IMG/VR virus record: IMGVR_UViG_2061766007_000877
DNA: 64,000 nt
Source of the DNA: an uncultured virus (IMG/VR IMGVR_UViG_2061766007_000877)
Lineage: Duplodnaviria; Heunggongvirae; Uroviricota; Caudoviricetes
Reading direction: 5' to 3' (one strand)
Positions 47,423 to 57,228 of the stretch are shown one piece after another; positions within the stretch are counted from its first letter, which is position 1; every line of letters begins with the position of its first letter. The translations under genes and the position numbers were made by a program. The notes beneath the pieces were generated by a model. That model saw only the letters and a program-made list of their open reading frames with translations, did not search any database and was not told the origin of the DNA.

Positions 47423-48205
47423 ATGTGTGATAGATTAAATACAATACATAAGTATGCACATAAACTAAGACATTTAGGTATGCTTCAGGTTGCAGGTGAT
47501 TTAGACTATCTTGTTGCGTGGATAAGATCACCAGAATGGACAGGTGGTGCTCATTTAGAACCTCACCCTGCAGGAAAAGATACGATTGATTTTAATTCAA
47601 ATAACTGCTCAATACCATATACACCATGTGATGAGATAGTAAGGTGTTGTACGGATAAGCAATTTGCAGTTGGCTATATGCAAATTGCGAAATCAGCTAT
47701 ACAAGAATTACTATCTATATACACAGACAATATTGAACAGACTGCAATAAACGCATATTTAGATTATTCAGATAAAGTTATTGCTCTACTTAAAGGTGAA
47801 GAACCAGGACCAACTCCGCCACCGCCAGAGCCTGAAGGCACTAACAGTTATATAAATACTGATAAAACGGATGACGAACTATTACCAAATGTGGACTACA
47901 TACTGTATGATAGTAGCGCTTCCTTATTTAGTTATGATTACAAACAAGCCCCAGAAATTGTTGGTATATACAATAGTGAAGATGAGCCATTAAGTACTGA
48001 CATTTCTATTAAGTGTATGCATGATGGTACTTCATGGAGACTGTATGTATCAACAGCTAGTGAAGGTGTTATAATAAATAGAATAAAGATAAACACTAAG
48101 CGAGTAACTAGAGATTACATTGTACTTGGTGGGATGATGACATCTTCATCTGATAATTTATGGAAAGTTATTGATCTGTTTACTACAATGAGCATTGATT
48201 CATAG
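47423..48205 (+). CDS. Hypothetical protein (duplicated N-domain, Pro linker, beta domain)
   Basis: See 46945. PGPTPPPPEPE linker. Confidence 0.7.
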   Translation: MCDRLNTIHKYAHKLRHLGMLQVAGDLDYLVAWIRSPEWTGGAHLEPHPAGKDTIDFNSNNCSIPYTPCDEIVRCCTDKQFAVGYMQIAKSAIQELLSIYTDNIEQTAINAYLDYSDKVIALLKGEEPGPTPPPPEPEGTNSYINTDKTDDELLPNVDYILYDSSASLFSYDYKQAPEIVGIYNSEDEPLSTDISIKCMHDGTSWRLYVSTASEGVIINRIKINTKRVTRDYIVLGGMMTSSSDNLWKVIDLFTTMSIDS

Positions 48206-48216
48206 AGGTTTATGAT

Positions 48217-49515
48217 ATGAGTTTTGTTTATAGAAGATTAGACTTTAAAGATAATACTACAGGCTCTAATTATAACATATACTATGACTTTACAAATAGA
48301 GATGCTAATAGTACAACATGCTACTATAGATCAGCATGTCTTGTATATAGTGTAGCATCTGCTTTAAAAGATATGGGTATTGGGTGGGATATAAACACTA
48401 GCTACGGTCATGTATGGGCGGATGACCCTAATCACTCTGGGTATAAGATAATAGAAAATAACATTGAAGTACCAATGATGGTATACCAAAGTGATAAAGG
48501 CTGCGGCGTAATTATGAAAAATTCAGAGTCAGGTTGTCAGCTATTTATTTCATATTTATGTGGATCAAATGGAAGCGGTATAAATCTTCCAGCAAATCAA
48601 GTAGCTAAATTTGGTGATTATGTATCAAAGGATGATCCAGACAAACCTAGTTATGTTGGGCTTATATGCAGTATGATACCAGGCGATTCTACTCAACGGT
48701 TTGGATCGTTCTCAGATAATACATTCATACCATCTCATGCTACAAGAGTAAGTGGGATGTGTGTATCAAGAAAAACTGCTACAGGATCATTTGACTCAAC
48801 AAAATCATCATACTTAAGAGCTACGTTAGTATCAACTAACGCAGGCAAGTGTTTTAGCTATGGTATACTAGCTACGCCATACTGTGTTCTATTTGGTGCA
48901 AATCATGGAGACACTGAAAACTACCCAGACCATATAATTTTAGGAACTGCTTGTGGTAGAATATTTGGTGGGCTTCAAAATGATGAGAACCTACCTCAAG
49001 CTAAATATGGTGTGCTCTACTTATCTCTACCAAATGGAATTGAGATGAGTGAAAGAGGCAATGGCCTGATGGAAGATAAGTATACTTCAGTTACAAATAA
49101 AATAAACTTTGACGATGTACAAGAATCTACTTATGGAAGCTTATCATTTAGAAACGGCTTAAGTACAAACGGGGTAAGAAGCCTAGGTAATATATTTAAG
49201 GCTGACGGTACAGCCGTTGGGTATACTTCAACTTCACAGATACGAGTTCAACCAGAGCCATACTTACAGTTGTCAAGTTATGTAAAAGATAATGATTCTA
49301 ATATAATGTGGTGTCCATTTTTAGTTGGTGTAGTGTCAAGCAATTTAGCGAATGATGGCATTGTTGCTGGTAATGGAATGAAGGGGTACCTTGATACAGA
49401 CCTATTTAGATGTGCTAGAATATCTGAGCTAGGAAGAAAATTTAACAATGGTAAATTCTACAGTGTTGGGTATAATTTGGTCATTGGATGGGATCCATTA
49501 AACAACAATTTGTGA
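48217..49515 (+). CDS. Hypothetical beta-rich protein, possibly virion-associated
   Basis: 432-aa ORF rich in Gly/Ser/Tyr. Confidence 0.65.
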   Translation: MSFVYRRLDFKDNTTGSNYNIYYDFTNRDANSTTCYYRSACLVYSVASALKDMGIGWDINTSYGHVWADDPNHSGYKIIENNIEVPMMVYQSDKGCGVIMKNSESGCQLFISYLCGSNGSGINLPANQVAKFGDYVSKDDPDKPSYVGLICSMIPGDSTQRFGSFSDNTFIPSHATRVSGMCVSRKTATGSFDSTKSSYLRATLVSTNAGKCFSYGILATPYCVLFGANHGDTENYPDHIILGTACGRIFGGLQNDENLPQAKYGVLYLSLPNGIEMSERGNGLMEDKYTSVTNKINFDDVQESTYGSLSFRNGLSTNGVRSLGNIFKADGTAVGYTSTSQIRVQPEPYLQLSSYVKDNDSNIMWCPFLVGVVSSNLANDGIVAGNGMKGYLDTDLFRCARISELGRKFNNGKFYSVGYNLVIGWDPLNNNL

Positions 49516-49635
49516 TTAAAGTTTAATTTATATTGCAGACTATGTATATATCTACATGTAATACATGTGGTTTATGCAATTACATGTAATACGTGTAAAT
49601 TATTAGGTAACAAATTAAAGGAGACTGTTTAATTT

Positions 49636-50373
49636 ATGAAAAATTCAAAATTCTTTACAATGATCTTTGCAATTATGGTTACAATTTGTTTTGCAGCTTG
49701 TGATGATAAAGATGACAACAAGCAGGAAACAAATACATGTGATCCCGCAACCTGCGAGATGGCTGAACACGCCACTGAAATGGGATGTGATGATGCAGGT
49801 CATTGTATTGTTAAAGCATGTGCTGATACATTCAAAGTAGCAGAAGATGCTAAATCATGTGAGGCTGATGCACCTGCTTGTATGTGTGATCCCGCCTGCA
49901 AAGACAATGAAGATTGTATTAAAGGTGATGGAGACAAATGCGAGTGTCGTGAAAAAGATAAACCAGCTGCATGTGATCCTGCTTGTGAAGATGGTAAAAC
50001 AAAATGTGAATGTACCAATGATGCTTGCGCGTGTGTTCCTGTAACTCCTACTCCAAATTGTGAGCCAGCGTGTGAAGATGGTAAGACAAAATGTGAGTGT
50101 ACAATGGATGCATGTGCTTGTGTACCTGTAACACCAGCACCTACGTGTGAACCTGCATGTAATGCTGAAACAGAAGACTGTCTTTGTGATGCTGACAAAT
50201 GTGAGTGTCGTGCAAAGGATGCTCAACCTGACCCTTCTGCAACAGAGGATGCTTGCCAAGATAAATCAGAGGATGATGCTTGCGGTGAGAACAAAACATG
50301 TCAGAAAGGTGAAGGTGATAANNNNNNNNNNNNNNNNNNNNNNNNNNNNNNNNNNNNNNNNNNNNATAGCTGA
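49636..50373 (+). CDS. Cysteine-rich repeat lipoprotein
   Basis: Signal peptide with lipobox FAA|C. Repeats CDPAC/CEPACEDGKTKCECT.DACACVPVTP. Confidence 0.85.
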   Translation: MKNSKFFTMIFAIMVTICFAACDDKDDNKQETNTCDPATCEMAEHATEMGCDDAGHCIVKACADTFKVAEDAKSCEADAPACMCDPACKDNEDCIKGDGDKCECREKDKPAACDPACEDGKTKCECTNDACACVPVTPTPNCEPACEDGKTKCECTMDACACVPVTPAPTCEPACNAETEDCLCDADKCECRAKDAQPDPSATEDACQDKSEDDACGENKTCQKGEGDXXXXXXXXXXXXXXXXS

Positions 50374-50374
50374 T

Positions 50375-50404
50375 AAAGCCATAGGGTTTAAACCCTATGG
50401 CTTT
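50375..50404. terminator. Perfect 30-bp palindrome (terminator)
   Basis: AAAGCCATAGGGTTT|AAACCCTATGGCTTT followed by T-rich sequence. Confidence 0.75.
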
Positions 50405-50482
50405 TATTTTGTAATTTGTGATGGAGTTCTGTGTATATATCTATACCTAATAATAGTTTTACCCATTTAAGGATAAATAGAC

Positions 50483-51832
50483 ATGAGATTACTAAAACGA
50501 TACCTTGAGGCAATAAGTACACAGGCTGCTTCATTAAGTCTATCAAATATTACAAGATTTTATTACAATTACATTAGAGAAAACTATTCAAAAGTTAGAG
50601 ATCAGATTGAAAGATCAGGTTATTACGTTTTAAAGAATAAGGTTTCTACTGGAAGTAGTAGTACAAATACAAAAGATATTTATATAGCAGCATATTTCAT
50701 TGACATTGGTCGTGCTGATGGGTGCAATATGATGTTGCAACAAAAGTATCACACTAACGCTGATGTAGAAGACACTGGCGGGTTNNNNNNNNNNNNNNNN
50801 NNNNNTAAAGTGTACGATTTGGACGATATTGAAGATTCAATCAAAAAGTCAGACATACGCTCAACAATTGAACATGAACTAACACATGCGTTTGACCACA
50901 CAAGTAAAAATGATAGGCTGTCAAAACAGAATGCCAATCCTGGTGTTGGCGAAACATTCTTATCAACATGTGCTTATCTTGGGTGTGCAAGACGTTCTGA
51001 GATTGGTGATTTACTTACTAATGATTTATTTACATTAGGGTCAACTTCAAAATGCGTTTATGCAATCAGCGTTATTATATACAAGCTGTTTACAATTACA
51101 GAGTTTAATGCACATCAGATGTCTGATTTAGAAGAGACACACAGCGTTGACATTAGAAAATCCGATAATGTCAAAAAGGCGCTAAAGAGAGATCTTATTT
51201 CAGATAGCAATATAACAAGAGAGATGCTCCGACAGGCTATTTCTGTTACACCTGAAATGTGCCCACAGTTATGGACAATCACTGGTAGAGTTCTTAAGTA
51301 CATGGGTTATAATATAAGCAGTGATTCACCAAGTGCTGTGTACAAATTCTTCATGACAAGAAGCGTTAAACTGTTTAACAAATTCTATTCAAAGAAACTT
51401 AAGAATCAGACAAAGTATATTATCTCAATAAAAGAAAAAGAAAATATAAAAAGAAATCTTATCGAGTGTATAGACAAAGATAAAATGAGAATTGGTGTTT
51501 CATTCTGGTTTTCACCAACAGGTAAATCTGATTCTTATCTTTGTAGAATTAGAACAATAAATGATAAGATTGCTTTAACAGTAAATCATAAAGCACAAAA
51601 GATATTTGGTAATGCAGATGCAATTTACAAACGAGCAATAAGTGCAGCTAATAACACGGCCTTTGAGTTTGCACTTGATAATCTTGTTGACATTATTGTA
51701 CAGTCACTTGAAAGAGCGTTTAATGAAATATCTTATGACCCTGTCTATGATATTACAACACCTCAAGATGAAGAACAGATAAGTGCATCAAATAAGATCG
51801 CTAATAGATTTGCTGATTTAGATTGGGATTAA
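50483..51832 (+). CDS. Putative zincin-like metallopeptidase
   Basis: IEHELTHAFD (HExxH) at about 50873 and downstream TEFNAH. Confidence 0.6.
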   Translation: MRLLKRYLEAISTQAASLSLSNITRFYYNYIRENYSKVRDQIERSGYYVLKNKVSTGSSSTNTKDIYIAAYFIDIGRADGCNMMLQQKYHTNADVEDTGGXXXXXXXXKVYDLDDIEDSIKKSDIRSTIEHELTHAFDHTSKNDRLSKQNANPGVGETFLSTCAYLGCARRSEIGDLLTNDLFTLGSTSKCVYAISVIIYKLFTITEFNAHQMSDLEETHSVDIRKSDNVKKALKRDLISDSNITREMLRQAISVTPEMCPQLWTITGRVLKYMGYNISSDSPSAVYKFFMTRSVKLFNKFYSKKLKNQTKYIISIKEKENIKRNLIECIDKDKMRIGVSFWFSPTGKSDSYLCRIRTINDKIALTVNHKAQKIFGNADAIYKRAISAANNTAFEFALDNLVDIIVQSLERAFNEISYDPVYDITTPQDEEQISASNKIANRFADLDWD

Positions 51833-51833
51833 A

Positions 51834-52776
51834 ATGAGCTATTACAAATCATTAGAAAAGCGTATTGGTATTTTAGAATCCTATATCTTAGAAGGTAAGA
51901 AAGATCAAGAGGTATTAAATGACTTTCTTGGTGATGATTATTATAGCAAATATGCAGCAATAAAGAATAAGATATCGGATCCTGAATATAAAGACATCTA
52001 TAAACTTGTAAAGAAAGACCCTGACGATGTGAAAAACTATATAGACANNNNNNNNNNGACGTGCTGCATCTAAAGAGATAGGTGCTAGAAAGATTTATGA
52101 AGATTCTGATTGGGTTGTCTATCACATTACAAACTATAACGCTGCAAAGTATTATGGTAGAGATACAAAATGGTGTCTTGCTGGAAATTATGAAGGTCTT
52201 GAAGAAGTTGGATGGCATGAATTTGAGAAGTACAATAATCAAAATAACATCTACTTCTATATAAATAAACATACAACAAGAGAAAAGTATGCTGTACTGA
52301 AGAATAGGTACACAGACCGTGTAACAGATGTATATGATTCAGCTGATCATAATTTAGGAAACTCTGCTTACTATATAAATGTAGAATTGCCTTATGTTGA
52401 AGAGGTAGGATATAACACAGCTTCACAATTAGAGTTATACGACGCAATTAAAGAAGGCGATTTAGATCAGGTAAAAGATTGCTTCAGCAAAGATTTCGTA
52501 AACATGAAAGATCACCGCGGTGTTACACCTTTGATGATAGCTGTTATGAGGTCTTATGAAGATATTGCAGAATTTCTAATAAAGAACGGTGCAAATGTAA
52601 ATGCACAAAATAATGCAGGTGCAACACCTTTAATGTATGCTTGCTTTGAAAATAATTTAGACATGGTAAAGTTGCTTGTTAAGTATGGCGCTGATGNNNN
52701 NNNNNNNNNNNGCACACCTCTTACAAGTACTGAAGATGAAGATATTGAGCGGTTTTTAATTGATAATGGTGCATAA
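51834..52776 (+). CDS. Leader + WC-domain + ankyrin repeat protein (paralogue C)
   Basis: SLEKRIGILESYILE|GKKDQ. WVVYHITNYNAAKYYGRDTKWCLAG is in frame with the canonical ankyrins GVTPLMIAV and GATPLMYAC. Confidence 0.85.
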
Positions 52777-52777
52777 T

Positions 52778-53545
52778 ATGAAAAGAAAGAAATTAGAATA
52801 TCACAAAGAATACCCAGAAGCAGTGTACAAAAATATGGTCTATAAATGGTTTAATGATAACACATCTACATTGGGTGATGCAGATTTACAAAAGTTTGTA
52901 GATTTGTGCATGAGAGGAAATCTTACATTTCAGTGTGCTGATGAAATTGACATTGATGATCCTGATATTGACGTCATAGATCATTTGCTTATGGATATCG
53001 CATCAGAAAAGAATGATGAACTTGTAAATACTTATACAGACGAGATAGATTGGGATAATGACTATTTAGAAAAGTGCCATTATAAAAATTTAGAAACTAG
53101 AGTTGCTAAGCTAGAAATGAAATTATTACTTAGAAGTGTTATTAACATTACACCTGATGACTTTTTAGATAGAAGTATTGTTGAAAAGATTCGTAGCATT
53201 GTTTACAATAGACTAAAAAATACATGCTATGTTTCAGACATACGCAATGAGTGTTCAGAATATGATGATGCTACAGGCAAATTTATACGTCTTTTCCAGT
53301 TTGAAATTACAAATATAGCAGAAGAATGGGATGACGTTGATGAGTATAGCGAAACATGGGATGATATGGGCGGTTATGACGCTCTTGCAGAGGCTGAAGA
53401 TAGTAAAACTTATTTATTTTCAAATGATAACGGTAGTATTCTTGTAACATGCAGTGATCTTGATGGTTACATGCATGAGTTTGGTAGGTTTAAATCTGCA
53501 ATAGAAGCAGCCAATGCAATAGTAAAATCTAGAGATGTATATTAG
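52778..53545 (+). CDS. Acidic hypothetical protein with internal LETRVAKLE motif
   Basis: MKRKKLE|Y... with internal YKNLETRVAKLE at about 53081-53116. Confidence 0.65.
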   Translation: MKRKKLEYHKEYPEAVYKNMVYKWFNDNTSTLGDADLQKFVDLCMRGNLTFQCADEIDIDDPDIDVIDHLLMDIASEKNDELVNTYTDEIDWDNDYLEKCHYKNLETRVAKLEMKLLLRSVINITPDDFLDRSIVEKIRSIVYNRLKNTCYVSDIRNECSEYDDATGKFIRLFQFEITNIAEEWDDVDEYSETWDDMGGYDALAEAEDSKTYLFSNDNGSILVTCSDLDGYMHEFGRFKSAIEAANAIVKSRDVY

Positions 53546-53577
53546 TAACAACGAAAATATAATAAGGATAGCGGTGT

Positions 53578-54748
53578 ATGTATAGAAAGTATTATGAATC
53601 TCTTGTTAGACGTGTAAGATTTCTTGAAGCAATGATTTTTGAAGGGAAAAGAGATCAGGAAATTTTACAGAACTTTTTAGGCGATGATTATTATAATAAG
53701 TACCAACTAATTAAAAATAAAATCAAGGACCCTGAATACAAAGACATTTATAAAATGATTAGAATGGATCCTGATGAAGTAAAGAATTACATTGATAACT
53801 TCCAATCAAACACAGACATAAGACGATCTAACAAGCAAGGTGCTACAAAATTATATGAGGACGATGAGTGGATTGTTTATAGAATAACAACATATCCTGC
53901 CGCTCAATTATACGGAAAGAATACTAGATGGTGCATTACTGGAAGATATGAAGGCCATGAAGAACGCGGCGAAGAATACTTCTATAACTATATTAAAAAT
54001 AATAAGTTAGATGGTGGTTATTATTTCTATATAAATAAAAATGATCCATACACAAAGTTCTGTGTTCTTCAAAAAGATAATGGCAGGATACATTCTATAT
54101 GGGANNNNNNNNNNNNNNNNNNNCAAGTGTAGATCTACCAACTGACTTACCTGAGGTTGAAGGCGTTAATCTGAAGCGTGCAAAAACCAAGAAGGATTTA
54201 TTGATTAGAGCTATCAACCATGATGACGANNNNNNNNNNNAAATAAAGGATTAAATCCTAATACAGTAATTAAGAAAAGTTCTGCATTAGCTTTTGCTAT
54301 TGAAAAAGATAAGGTTCATGCTGTTAAAGCCCTTTTAGAATGCGGCGCTGATGCTGACGAGGCTAGCGCTGGCGGTTGGACTCTAATAGATGCAGCGTGT
54401 AGAAAAGCAGACCATAAAATTGCAAATGATATTGTTAGACTATTGATTAGACATTCTAACAATATAAGTGACGAAACATTTAATAGTGTATGTAAATTCT
54501 GTAATTACATAACAGTTAAGACATTGTTAGATTGTGGGTATACTCCAAACAATGAATCAATAGATAGTGCTACTCGTTTTATTTCATCTGAGACAGCACG
54601 AACAGTTGAGTTATTATTAAATGCTGGTGCTAATCCAAATGAGCGCGATAAGTTTGGTACTACTATATTATCTCGTTTAATGGTGTGGACTACTAAAGAA
54701 GCCCAGGCAGTTATTAAAGTATTGCGAGATCACGGTGCAGTTGAATAA
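53578..54748 (+). CDS. Leader + WC-domain + ankyrin repeat protein (paralogue D)
   Basis: YESLVRRVRFLEAMIFE|GKRDQ. WIVYRITTYPAAQLYGKNTRWCITG. Ankyrins LLECGADAD and LLNAGANPNERDKFGTT. Joined across gaps. Confidence 0.8.
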
Positions 54749-54775
54749 AGTAATTAAGTAGCCAACTGTACTGAC

Positions 54776-54823
54776 AAAGCCTTATTGGAGTATTATTAAA
54801 TCCATAAGGCTTTTGTTGTATAT
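54776..54823 (+). terminator. Hairpin terminator followed by TGTATAT
   Basis: AAAGCCTTAT...ATAAGGCTTT, then TTGTATATA. Confidence 0.65.
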
Positions 54824-54856
54824 AATAACTGCAAATTTTATTATGAGGAGTACAAA

Positions 54857-55888
54857 ATGAGAAATTTATTTGTAATTATATTATTTGCATTATGTTTTGT
54901 ATTACCAACAAACACATATAGTGAAACATTACCTCCACCGCAAGACAACGATCAACATGTAACACGACCATCAAATAATAACAGTCGTCCATCTACAGCA
55001 AGACCTTCAAATCATAATAATGATGAAGACCAGAATCAACGACCTGCAGTTAGTAGACCTACACAGAATAATCACAGACCTCCTGTGAGTAATGCACGAC
55101 CTAATAATTCAAAGCCGTCTAATAGCAATGCAAGACCCACTAGACCATCAAATAATAATCGTCCAGTAAATTATAATAGACCACCACATGCAGGTCATAA
55201 ACCTGGAGGTCCTCATGTAGTTGCAACACACAGTAGAACGTATTATCCTAGACCAAGAACATATTACACAAGTACATATTATGTAGAGCCTGCTGTTGTT
55301 TATACAGATAATTCGTATGTCGTTGTTGACGATACAGAGTCTGTCTCTTATGAAAGTTCAGGTAAATTTGGATTCGGTTTAAATGCACTTCTTGCAGTAA
55401 ACTCTTCTATAGGTGATATTACAAATTATGCCTCAGGCGGGTTAGGGTTATACATTAAGTTTAGACCAGTAAGATACTTCTCATTAGAATTACAGAATAA
55501 TTATTTATTTGGTGCATTACAATACACTGGATGGGACTCACAGAGTTATGCTAAAACACTATTTGGTTTAGGCGCAAGAATACACTTCCTTGACTATGGC
55601 AGCACTGACGTGTACGCAGCACTTGCAGGAACGGTGTCTGTATGGTCATACATTTCAGGGTACGATTATTGGTATGACAACTATACTTATATGAATGAGT
55701 ATGGGATTCAGTATGGTGGTCAACTAGGTGCAGGTGTTAGTTACATTGCAGGCTCATTAGAAATTGGAATGGATTTACGATATACAGTTGAATCTATACC
55801 TGATTTCGTACCTGGGTACTTTGACAAAGATTCAGACGGTGTAATTCATGGAATGTTACTAACATTGAATTTAGGATTCTCACTGTAG
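54857..55888 (+). CDS. Secreted outer-membrane beta-barrel protein with Pro/Arg/Asn-rich N-terminal extension
   Basis: Sec signal peptide, RP/NN-rich disordered region, then amphipathic strands (GGLGLYIKFR, FGLGARIHF, GGQLGAGVSY, MDLRY) and a terminal LTLNLGFSL strand. Confidence 0.75.
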   Translation: MRNLFVIILFALCFVLPTNTYSETLPPPQDNDQHVTRPSNNNSRPSTARPSNHNNDEDQNQRPAVSRPTQNNHRPPVSNARPNNSKPSNSNARPTRPSNNNRPVNYNRPPHAGHKPGGPHVVATHSRTYYPRPRTYYTSTYYVEPAVVYTDNSYVVVDDTESVSYESSGKFGFGLNALLAVNSSIGDITNYASGGLGLYIKFRPVRYFSLELQNNYLFGALQYTGWDSQSYAKTLFGLGARIHFLDYGSTDVYAALAGTVSVWSYISGYDYWYDNYTYMNEYGIQYGGQLGAGVSYIAGSLEIGMDLRYTVESIPDFVPGYFDKDSDGVIHGMLLTLNLGFSL

Positions 55889-55944
55889 AATATCTAATTA
55901 TTCGTGTATTATTTTAATCGTAAACATATATTTATGGTGAAAAT

Positions 55945-56194
55945 ATGGATAGAAATAAATTAGAAGCTAGAATTGCTTGTTTAGAAAAAGCTATAAAGAA
56001 TGAGCANNNNNNNNNNNNNNNNNNNNNNNNNNNTATTGTGAGGCTATAAATAAAGCACAGGATGCTGCATACCAGTTACAGTTGATTGGTAAACACGATC
56101 ATGGAGACATTGATGAAGCTAATTTCTGGGAAGATATTAGCGATNNNNNNNNNNNNNNNNNNNNNNNNCTGAAAGAGATTTTCCACAAATGTAA
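55945..56194 (+). CDS. Small leader-bearing protein (missed by the ORF track)
   Basis: MDRNKLEARIACLEKAIKNE..., YCEAINKAQDAAYQL..., ends ERDFPQM*. Broken by two gaps. Confidence 0.65.
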
Positions 56195-56215
56195 CATAAT
56201 GAGGAGATATATAAA

Positions 56216-56509
56216 ATGGATAAGAAATTAGAAGCAAGAATTGCTAGATTAGAAAAATTGATTAAGAATGAAGGGCGGTCTTATGTTTCACCACGTAGCA
56301 TAAGTCAAGACGGCAAGGAAGCTAGAAAAGAAATCATAAGAAGGGCCCAGCGTATTTTAGACGCTGTTAAAGATGAGTATAATGGTCGTAATATGTCATT
56401 CTCAACATGGATGCGTACACAGTGCTCATATCTTCAGGATGCTGCTGAGGCATATGAAGAAGCTATGAAAGATTGGGTAGACAGCGAAGAATATAACGAT
56501 ATGTTTTAA
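56216..56509 (+). CDS. Small leader-bearing protein
   Basis: MDKKLEARIARLEKLIKNE|G. GAGGAG RBS. Confidence 0.8.
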   Translation: MDKKLEARIARLEKLIKNEGRSYVSPRSISQDGKEARKEIIRRAQRILDAVKDEYNGRNMSFSTWMRTQCSYLQDAAEAYEEAMKDWVDSEEYNDMF

Positions 56510-56534
56510 TTGCATTTATGGGAGATAAAATAAA

Positions 56535-56915
56535 ATGATTAGACGTACAAATCGTAAACTTACATTAGAACAACGTGTTGCTCGTTTAGAAAACGCTTTA
56601 AAAGCAAACCGTACTTCACATCGTAAATTCGAAGATCACGGCCCTGTCAAAGATAGTCTACTTAATGATGCTGACGAACTTCGTGCCCGTCTTAAAATGA
56701 AAGGCGTATATGAACCAGAGGTCAAAGTTGATGGTGAAGACGTAGTCGTTACATTAGATTGGGATTATTTTGGCATTGTTAATTTCTATGTGACGTCTAC
56801 TGCAAGAGGATATCATGTGGAAAGTGATCAGGCTGATGTAGAAGATTTCGCAACATTAGATCGTGTTGCAGAATATATTGCTGATAAAGACTACGAAGCA
56901 GCAATGGATTTATAA
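56535..56915 (+). CDS. Small leader-bearing protein
   Basis: LTLEQRVARLENALKANRTSHRKFE|D. Confidence 0.8.
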   Translation: MIRRTNRKLTLEQRVARLENALKANRTSHRKFEDHGPVKDSLLNDADELRARLKMKGVYEPEVKVDGEDVVVTLDWDYFGIVNFYVTSTARGYHVESDQADVEDFATLDRVAEYIADKDYEAAMDL

Positions 56916-56935
56916 TTCATTATATGAGGCTTAAG

Positions 56936-57190
56936 ATGGATAAGAAATTAGAAGCAAGAATTTCTAGATTAGAAAAAATGCTTTCTAGAAAGAATGAGTC
57001 TATAGAAATGTCACCAGCAGAAATAAGAGCAAAGCAGGCTATAGAAAATGCAATTGATGCTTTAAATGAGGCGGAAAAAGCATGCCATGCAATTGATCTT
57101 GATGATATGTGGTCGTCTAATAACTGGGCTAAGTTAGGACGTGACTGTGAAGCTGCATTAAGCTATCTACCACGACCTGGAGATTTTTAG
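56936..57190 (+). CDS. Small leader-bearing protein
   Basis: MDKKLEARISRLEKMLSRKNE|S. Confidence 0.8.
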   Translation: MDKKLEARISRLEKMLSRKNESIEMSPAEIRAKQAIENAIDALNEAEKACHAIDLDDMWSSNNWAKLGRDCEAALSYLPRPGDF

Positions 57191-57228
57191 TAGTCAAGTT
57201 AATTTAGATTATACTTATAGAGGTAATT

